From NCBI GenBank assembly GCA_964640125.1, contig CAZXGG010000005.1:11416-75415 (forward strand): a DNA stretch of 64,000 nt, given 5' to 3'. The notes below the pieces were generated by a model. The model made no database searches, was not told where the DNA came from, and worked only from the letters and a program-made list of their open reading frames with translations. Shown piece by piece: positions 57,809 through 64,000 of the stretch. The DNA comes from an uncultured Rikenellaceae bacterium (GTDB lineage Bacteria; Bacteroidota; Bacteroidia; Bacteroidales; VadinHA17). A program made the translations under genes and the position numbers. The number at the start of each line of letters is the position of its first letter. Positions within the stretch are counted from its first letter, which is position 1.

Positions 57809-58606
57809 ATGAACCAGAACGAACCAAATGAATCCTCCTTTGGGCTTGGGATTGCACTCAGCGGTGGGGGTGCCCGGGGGCTTGCACACCTGGGTGTATT
57901 GAAAGCACTCAAAGAACACCAGCTCTTTCCGGAAATTATTTCCGGTGTTAGTGCCGGTGCCATTGGCGGGGCATTCTATGCCGACGGTTATCAGCCGGAA
58001 GAGATCCTTGAACTCTTTATCGAAGAAAAACTTTTCCACCTGATCCATGTAACCTTTCCCAAAGAAGGGCTGCTGAAAGCCTCCGGCTTTTATGAACTGA
58101 TAAGAAATCACCTCAGAGCCAAAAACTTTGAAGACCTTAATTGTCCGCTGTATGTCGCCGCTACCAATATGAATACGGGAAAAATAGAATATTTCAATCA
58201 GGGCCCCCTGGAGGAAAAATTAATCGCCTCTTCCAGCATTCCGGTCCTTCTCAATCCCATTAAAATAGGAGGGAATACCTATGTCGATGGCGGAGTGGTC
58301 GATAACCTTCCCGTCAGACCATTGAAAGGGAAGTGTAAAAAAATTATCGGAGTCAATGTTAACCCATTGTATGAGAAAAAAGATATCAAGGGAATCATTC
58401 AGTTAGCGGAACGTACGTTTTACCTGAATATCGTTTCAAACAGCAGGGAGCACATACCGGAATGTGATTTGTACATTGAAATCAAGGGATTGAAAGGGTA
58501 TGGTGTTTTTGAGATCAGCAAGGCTCGACAGATCTTCAACGCCGGATACCGGGAAACGGTACAAATCCTGAGAAACACCGACCTGTCCGATTTCCAAGAC
58601 AATTAA
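57809..58606 (+). CDS. Patatin-like phospholipase
   Basis: GIALSGGGARG oxyanion motif, GVSAGA (GxSxG) and a DGG Asp motif (YVDGGVVDN). Confidence 0.85.
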   Translation: MNQNEPNESSFGLGIALSGGGARGLAHLGVLKALKEHQLFPEIISGVSAGAIGGAFYADGYQPEEILELFIEEKLFHLIHVTFPKEGLLKASGFYELIRNHLRAKNFEDLNCPLYVAATNMNTGKIEYFNQGPLEEKLIASSSIPVLLNPIKIGGNTYVDGGVVDNLPVRPLKGKCKKIIGVNVNPLYEKKDIKGIIQLAERTFYLNIVSNSREHIPECDLYIEIKGLKGYGVFEISKARQIFNAGYRETVQILRNTDLSDFQDN

Positions 58607-59562
58607 AACACTGCCTTTGCAATCTTGAAAATATTGTCCGATCGTCCCATGGTGAAATAATGCACAACAGGCACTCCCGCTGCAACCAGTTCCTTCGACT
58701 GTTCAATTGCCCATTCAACCCCAACCTCTTTGATTGCTTCCTGTGTTTTGCATTTCAGGACCTCTTTTACCAGCGCTTCCGGAAGATTAATGTTGAATGT
58801 TTTTGGAAGGTAGCTCAGGTGATCATAGAGTGATACCGGTTTAATCCCGGGAATAATCGGTACCTCAATGCCTTTTTTCCGGCAGCTGTCGACAAAGGTG
58901 AAGTATTTTGTGTTATCAAAAAACATCTGGGTCACCACGAAATCTGCACCAGCATCTATCTTCTTCTTCAGGAAATGAAGATCCGATTCCATATTGGGCG
59001 CTTCCGGATGCTTTTCAGGGTATCCTGCAACACCGACCGAAAAATCGGTGGGAGACGGATGCTGCAAATCTTCATCCAGGTAGATGCCCCTGTTCATGTC
59101 CACTATCTGTTTCAGAAGATCAATCGAATGAACATGCCCCCCCTCCTCGGGTGTAAAAATTTTTGATTCGCTGTTTGGATCCCCACGCACTGCCAACAGG
59201 TTATTCACATCCAGAAAATTCAAATCGATCAATGCATTTTCGGTCTCCTCACGGGTAAATCCACCACAGATCATATGGGGAACAACAATGACTTTGTACC
59301 TGTATTTCAATGCTGCCGAGATGGCAACGGTCCCCGGTCTTTTCCAGATCACTCTCCGCTCCACCATATTGTGGTTGATCTTTTTATAAACAACCTCCTC
59401 CTGGTGGTAAGTGATGTTAAGATAGGGAGGATTAAATTCCATCAATGGATCCAACGTCTGATAGATGCTGTCAATATCATCCCCCTTGAGGGGGGGAAGC
59501 AATTCAAATGATATTAATGTTTTCTCCGATTGATTTAAAATTTCAATTACTTTACCACTCAT
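58603..59562 (-). CDS. metF: 5,10-methylenetetrahydrofolate reductase
   Basis: SFELLPP, a TIM-barrel MTHFR pattern and ADFVVTQMFFD. 319 aa, starting 6 nt downstream of metH. Confidence 0.9.
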   Translation of the reverse strand: MSGKVIEILNQSEKTLISFELLPPLKGDDIDSIYQTLDPLMEFNPPYLNITYHQEEVVYKKINHNMVERRVIWKRPGTVAISAALKYRYKVIVVPHMICGGFTREETENALIDLNFLDVNNLLAVRGDPNSESKIFTPEEGGHVHSIDLLKQIVDMNRGIYLDEDLQHPSPTDFSVGVAGYPEKHPEAPNMESDLHFLKKKIDAGADFVVTQMFFDNTKYFTFVDSCRKKGIEVPIIPGIKPVSLYDHLSYLPKTFNINLPEALVKEVLKCKTQEAIKEVGVEWAIEQSKELVAAGVPVVHYFTMGRSDNIFKIAKAVF

Positions 59563-59568
59563 GATTCT

Positions 59569-62500
59569 CTATTTATAATTCAACACGGGAAACAGCCATT
59601 TTTCAGCTTCAGCCAGACTGATCCCTTTTCGTTTTGCATAATCCTCTACCTGATCAATTCCTATTTTCCCTACCTCAATATACCTGGATTCGGGATGTGA
59701 GAGCACCATGGCACAAACGGATGCGGCGGGTGTCATGGAGTAGTTTTCGGTTAAGCAGATCCCGGTTTTCTCCTCTACTCCCAGCAGGTCAAATACCTTA
59801 CTTTTTTCAGAATGATCCGGGCATGCCGGGTATCCGAAGGCAGGTCTGATCCCCCGGTATTTTGTCTGAAACAGCTCCTCCATTGATAGTTTTTCGTCCC
59901 GGGCAAAACCCCAGTACTCTCTCCTGATCTTTTCATGAAGCAATTCTGTAAATGCTTCAGCCAAACGGTCGGCCAGTGCCTTGATCATAATGGCATGATA
60001 ATCATCATGATCCTGTTCGAATTCTTCCAGGTACCCATTCAGACCCATCCCTGCTGTAATCGCCATTAGCCCGAAATAATCTTTCCTGCCTGAATGGGTG
60101 GGTGCAATAAAATCCGCCAGTGAAGCATGTTTCCCTGAGGTTGTCTTTGCTGTTTGCTGTCGCAATTGATTCAGGGTGCAAACCGGTGAGTTGCGATCCT
60201 CATCTTCGTAAATATGAATATCATCTCCCGAAGCATTTGCCGGGAAAATTCCGAAAACGGCATTGGCTTTGATTTGGTTTTCACTGATTATTCTGTCAAG
60301 CAACGTTTGCGCATCACGGAAAAGTGTTTGTGCCTCTTCCCCCTTTTCAGGATGATTAAGGATCTCAGGATATTTCCCTTTCAGTTCCCACACATGATAA
60401 AAGAAGGTCCAGTCGATGTAGTTCCGGATCTCCCCAAGATCATACCCTTCAAACATCTTTATTCCCATGGTCTGGGGTATAACCGGCTGAAAATCATTCC
60501 ATTTCATGTCGGGTCTGTTTTTCCGTGCCTGTTCCAGTGAAATGAAGGATCGTTTAATCCCGCTATTCATTTCACGGAGCTCCTGATACCGATGGTTGGT
60601 TTCACGCAAAAGTGTTCCTTTCCGTTCCTTTGAAAGAAGGTCGGCAACTACACCAACGCTGCGGGATGCATCTTTTACATGAATGACTCCGTTACCGTAA
60701 TGGGGCTGAATTTTAACGGCTGTATGCAAAACAGAAGTCGTTGCACCACCGATCAGCAGAGGAATATTCAGCTTTTCCCGTTCCATCTCTTTGGCGACAT
60801 GCACCATCTCCTCCAGGGACGGTGTGATCAATCCGCTCAGTCCCAGGATATCCACGTTCTGCTTTTTTGCTTCGCCGATAATTTTTTCAGCAGGTACCAT
60901 GACACCCAGGTCAATGATCCTGTAATTATTACAGCCGAGAACGATACCAACGATGTTCTTCCCTATATCATGCACATCGCCCTTCACTGTGGCAAGTAAG
61001 ATGGTTCCATTGCTGGATCGATCTTCTGTTCCGGTAGTTTCCTTTTCAATGAATGGCATCAGGACAGCCACTGCCTTTTTCATAACCCTGGCACTTTTTA
61101 TTACCTGTGGCAGGAACATCTTACCTGATCCGAACAGATCGCCAACACAGTTCATCCCCTCCATCAAGGGACCTTCGATAACCTGTAATGATTTTTCATA
61201 ATGCTCCCGTGCGGCTTTCACGTCTTCTTCAATATATTCGTCAATACCACGGATCAGGGCATGGGTTAGCCTTTCTGCAACAGGCATTTTCCTCCACTCC
61301 TCTTCCGTGATAGCCCTTTTCTTTTCACCCGCTGTTTTTTCAGCATAGATGATCAGCCTTTCGGTTGCATCTGCTCTTCTGTTCAGTATCACATCCTCAA
61401 CCAGGACAAGCAGTTCTTCCGGAATGTCATCATACACAGTCAGCATTCCGGCATTCACAATTCCCATATCTAATCCTGCTTTTATGGCATGGTACAGGAA
61501 TGCCGAATGCATCGCTTCCCGAATGGTGTCGTTCCCCCTGAATGCAAAAGAGAGGTTGCTGATCCCACCGCTCACCCTGGTGTTAGGCAAATTATTTTTT
61601 ATCCATTTCACCGCACGGATAAAATCAACGGCATAGCTGTTATGTTCCTCGATCCCAGTGGCAACGGTTAGGACATTGGGATCGAAGATGATATCATGGG
61701 GTGGAAAATGCACCTTCTCCGTAAGGATCGTGTAGGCACGTTTACAAATGGCAATTTTTCTGTCAAAGGATACGGCTTGCCCCTGCTCATCAAAAGCCAT
61801 GACAACCACGGCAGCACCATACTGTTTTATGCGTTCGGCGTGTGCAATGAAAACCTCCTCGCCCTCTTTCAGGCTAATGGAATTCACAATGGATTTTCCC
61901 TGAAGGCATTTCAATCCTGACTCAATGACCGGCCAGCTGGAAGAATCAACCATTACCGGTATCCGGGCAATATCGGGTTCTGGCATCAGCAGGTTCAGGA
62001 ATTTCACCATCGTGGCTCCAGCATCCAGCATGGCATCGTCCAGATTAACATCAAGGATCTGCGCTCCTCCTTCAACCTGTTGTCTGGCAACCGACAGTGC
62101 TTCTTCAAACTTCTCCTCCCTGATTAACCGGGCAAATCTTTTAGATCCGGATACGTTGGTTCGCTCCCCGATATTGATAAAATTGCTGCCGGGATACAGG
62201 TTAAGTGCCTCGAGTCCACTCAGGTTCAACCGGTGTTGTTGCACGGGCAGCTTCCTTTTTTCAGATTTGGCAGCCAGTACTGAAAAACGCCTTATGTGTT
62301 CCGGCGTAGTTCCACAACATCCCCCGACAATGTTGACAAGTCCCTCCTGCAAAAATCCTTGCATATGCTCAGCCATCTCTTCGGCCGTTTCATCATACTC
62401 CCCAAACTGATTCGGAAGACCGGCATTAGGATATACAGAAACGGGAAGGTTTGTTTTCGAGGATAATTCCTCCAGGAAGGGCCTCAATTCTTTAGCACCA

Positions 62501-63243
62501 AAAGAGCAGTTCAGCCCGATGCTAAACAGGTCGTAGCCGGATACGGAATGCAAAAAGGCTTCAACGGTTTGTCCCGAAAGGTTACGTCCGCTGAGATCAA
62601 CGATGGTTCCGGAAACCATGACCGGTACCTTTATTTCTCTCTTCCTTTTAATTTCCTGTATGGCAAAAAGTGCAGCCTTGCCATTGAGAGTGTCAAAGAC
62701 AGTCTCTACCAGCAGCAGGTCGACACCACCATCAATAAGTCCTTCTGCCTGTTCGCCATAAACAAGAACCAGCTCGTCAAAAGTTACTGACCGTAATCCG
62801 GGATTTTCCACTGAGGGTGAGATGGAGGCAGACTTACTGGTCGGTCCCATGGATCCTGCGACAAACCTCGGTTTTTCCGGGGTTTTGTCAGTATACAACC
62901 GGGCGGCTTCCGATGCAAGCCTTGCCGAAGCAACATTCATTTCATAAACCAGGTCTTCCATCCGGTAGTCGGCCATCGATATGCGGTTAGCATTGAAGGT
63001 ATTGGTCTCGATGATATCTGCTCCTGCTTCAAGGTATTGTTCATGGATCTCACGGATGACGGATGGTTTGGTCAGGGACAACAGATCGTTATTCCCCTTT
63101 AAGGGGCAGGGGTGATCAGCAAACCGTTCACCCCGAAAGTCATCCTCTTCAAGGTGGTATCCCTGGATCATGGTCCCCATGGCTCCATCCAGAACAAGAA
63201 CCTTCCTCTCTATTATCTTTCCTATGTTTTTATCCATACTCAT
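59569..63243 (-). CDS. metH: Cobalamin-dependent methionine synthase
   Basis: Hcy-binding domain ([11 protein letters not shown]), pterin-binding domain, B12-binding DVHDIGKN (DxHxxG) and a C-terminal activation domain. 1224 aa. Confidence 0.95.
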   Translation of the reverse strand: MSMDKNIGKIIERKVLVLDGAMGTMIQGYHLEEDDFRGERFADHPCPLKGNNDLLSLTKPSVIREIHEQYLEAGADIIETNTFNANRISMADYRMEDLVYEMNVASARLASEAARLYTDKTPEKPRFVAGSMGPTSKSASISPSVENPGLRSVTFDELVLVYGEQAEGLIDGGVDLLLVETVFDTLNGKAALFAIQEIKRKREIKVPVMVSGTIVDLSGRNLSGQTVEAFLHSVSGYDLFSIGLNCSFGAKELRPFLEELSSKTNLPVSVYPNAGLPNQFGEYDETAEEMAEHMQGFLQEGLVNIVGGCCGTTPEHIRRFSVLAAKSEKRKLPVQQHRLNLSGLEALNLYPGSNFINIGERTNVSGSKRFARLIREEKFEEALSVARQQVEGGAQILDVNLDDAMLDAGATMVKFLNLLMPEPDIARIPVMVDSSSWPVIESGLKCLQGKSIVNSISLKEGEEVFIAHAERIKQYGAAVVVMAFDEQGQAVSFDRKIAICKRAYTILTEKVHFPPHDIIFDPNVLTVATGIEEHNSYAVDFIRAVKWIKNNLPNTRVSGGISNLSFAFRGNDTIREAMHSAFLYHAIKAGLDMGIVNAGMLTVYDDIPEELLVLVEDVILNRRADATERLIIYAEKTAGEKKRAITEEEWRKMPVAERLTHALIRGIDEYIEEDVKAAREHYEKSLQVIEGPLMEGMNCVGDLFGSGKMFLPQVIKSARVMKKAVAVLMPFIEKETTGTEDRSSNGTILLATVKGDVHDIGKNIVGIVLGCNNYRIIDLGVMVPAEKIIGEAKKQNVDILGLSGLITPSLEEMVHVAKEMEREKLNIPLLIGGATTSVLHTAVKIQPHYGNGVIHVKDASRSVGVVADLLSKERKGTLLRETNHRYQELREMNSGIKRSFISLEQARKNRPDMKWNDFQPVIPQTMGIKMFEGYDLGEIRNYIDWTFFYHVWELKGKYPEILNHPEKGEEAQTLFRDAQTLLDRIISENQIKANAVFGIFPANASGDDIHIYEDEDRNSPVCTLNQLRQQTAKTTSGKHASLADFIAPTHSGRKDYFGLMAITAGMGLNGYLEEFEQDHDDYHAIMIKALADRLAEAFTELLHEKIRREYWGFARDEKLSMEELFQTKYRGIRPAFGYPACPDHSEKSKVFDLLGVEEKTGICLTENYSMTPAASVCAMVLSHPESRYIEVGKIGIDQVEDYAKRKGISLAEAEKWLFPVLNYK

Positions 63244-63453
63244 CCGTACTAGCAGCTACTGTTGAAATGTATTAAACTGATTTCGATGACTCTCTTCAGG
63301 CATTCCAGATTTTCAATGACTCCCCTTGAAAGATCTGGATTCAATCCATGCCCATAGGCATACGTAGCATAAGAGATCCGGTCCGGCCTGTTGAGTGTGG
63401 GAAGATTTCCCGGTGCAGTGTTGGATACGTTTTCATGATGATGCGTTTAATTT

Positions 63454-63559
63454 ATCATTTCCCGTTTACGGGATTAGGTTTTAGCACCTTTTTTCCTGAT
63501 CTGCCGGAAATGGTTGCTAGAGGTTCACAGAGCCTAATCTCTCCCCTCTTCTCAATAAT
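63454..63559 (-). promoter_or_regulatory. SAM-I (S-box) riboswitch aptamer in the metH-metF leader
   Basis: The minus strand reads AUUAUUGAGAAGAGGGGAGAGAUUAGGCUCUGUGAACCUCUAGCAACC...AAGGUGCUAAAACCUAAUCCCGUAAACGGGAAAUGAU. It contains the conserved GCAACC and GGUGCUAA cores, a P1 helix AUUAUU/AAUGAU, and a P2-loop UUAGG that is perfectly complementary to the J3/4 CCUAA (the known pseudoknot). Confidence 0.9.
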
Positions 63560-63726
63560 TCAAACACCCTATAAGCGAAGAATATTTGATACTTGTGGTG
63601 GTAAAAGTAGAATGAATATTTGATAAATGCAAAAAATATGGTATTTGAAAAGCTGGTCTGCTCTGCAGCGGGTAGGGTGTTATATTGGAATAATTGCTAA
63701 TTTTATGGACTCAAAGGACATTGACC

Positions 63727-64000
63727 ATGGCTGAGAAAAACAAATCCGACCTCTACCTGTACAACTCATTAACCCGGAAGAAGGAAAATTTTGAACCCAT
63801 CAACCCCCCGTATATTGGATTATATGTTTGTGGACCAACGGTATATGGCGATGCTCATCTGGGACATGCCAGACCATCTCTTACGTTTGACCTTCTTTTC
63901 AGGTACCTGAAGCACCTGGGGTATCAAGTGAGGTATGTAAGGAACATCACCGATGTTGGGCACCTCGAAAGCGATGCGGATGAAGGAGAAGATAAGGTGC
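63727..64000 (+). CDS. cysS: Cysteine--tRNA ligase, 5' part (continues past the window end)
   Basis: [25 protein letters not shown]...[19 protein letters not shown] (HIGH region) is typical of the CysS N-terminus. The open frame runs to nt 64000. Confidence 0.9.
   Translation, partial: MAEKNKSDLYLYNSLTRKKENFEPINPPYIGLYVCGPTVYGDAHLGHARPSLTFDLLFRYLKHLGYQVRYVRNITDVGHLESDADEGEDKV

Noticed and set aside
63348-63623. 91-aa plus-strand ORF from the six-frame track
   Set aside because: It lies antisense across the SAM-I aptamer and metH leader. It has no recognisable protein features and is most likely a non-coding shadow ORF.
63244-63726. Cobalamin riboswitch upstream of metH
   Set aside because: No B12-box-like sequence was seen. 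The structured element present matches the SAM-I consensus instead.
1-64000. Mobile elements, prophage, defence islands, and rRNA or tRNA genes
   Set aside because: I found no transposase, integrase or recombinase motifs, no phage structural genes, no restriction, Cas or abortive-infection signatures, and no rRNA or tRNA. The only repeat-bounded segment is the 54.46-54.81 kb hairpin island, which has no coding capacity.

Overview
The window looks like a chromosomal segment of a Bacteroidota genome. Lineage markers are a T9SS type-B C-terminal sorting domain, PorP/SprF, SprB repeats, a GldA-like ATPase, UpxY, DUF4834/DUF4296-like proteins and TAnnTTTG -7 promoter boxes. It is gene dense (about 50 CDS).

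Housekeeping genes: trpS, asnS, ileS, the cysS 5' end, rpoN, rbfA, rnr, lspA, ribE, metK and metH-metF.

Interspersed accessory and envelope modules:
1. A Crp/Fnr-linked sulfur module, closed by a strong terminator: SQR-family flavoprotein, DUF1641-like protein, single-Cys TusE/DsrC-like protein and DsrE-like protein.
2. A three-gene uncharacterised envelope operon: TM-anchored 923-aa protein, lipoprotein and beta-barrel.
3. A 1552-aa SprB-repeat T9SS cargo with about 11 near-perfect 237-bp tandem repeats, plus its PorP/SprF partner.
4. A UpxY-led polysaccharide locus containing a DUF2061-CysC (PAPS-forming) fusion, a priming sugar transferase and Wzi.

RNA-level and non-coding features:
- A clear SAM-I riboswitch sits on the minus strand ahead of metH-metF.
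- A non-canonical structured leader precedes metK.
- An 85-nt three-way-junction element lies upstream of the FtsX-like permease.
- An orphan sigma-54-type promoter plus terminator may define a small RNA.
- A 500-bp non-coding 'hairpin island' bounded by direct repeats lies between lspA and a thioredoxin-fold gene.

I found no rRNA, tRNA, CRISPR array, transposase, integrase or recognisable defence system. All functional calls come from motif recognition by eye. No database search was run.
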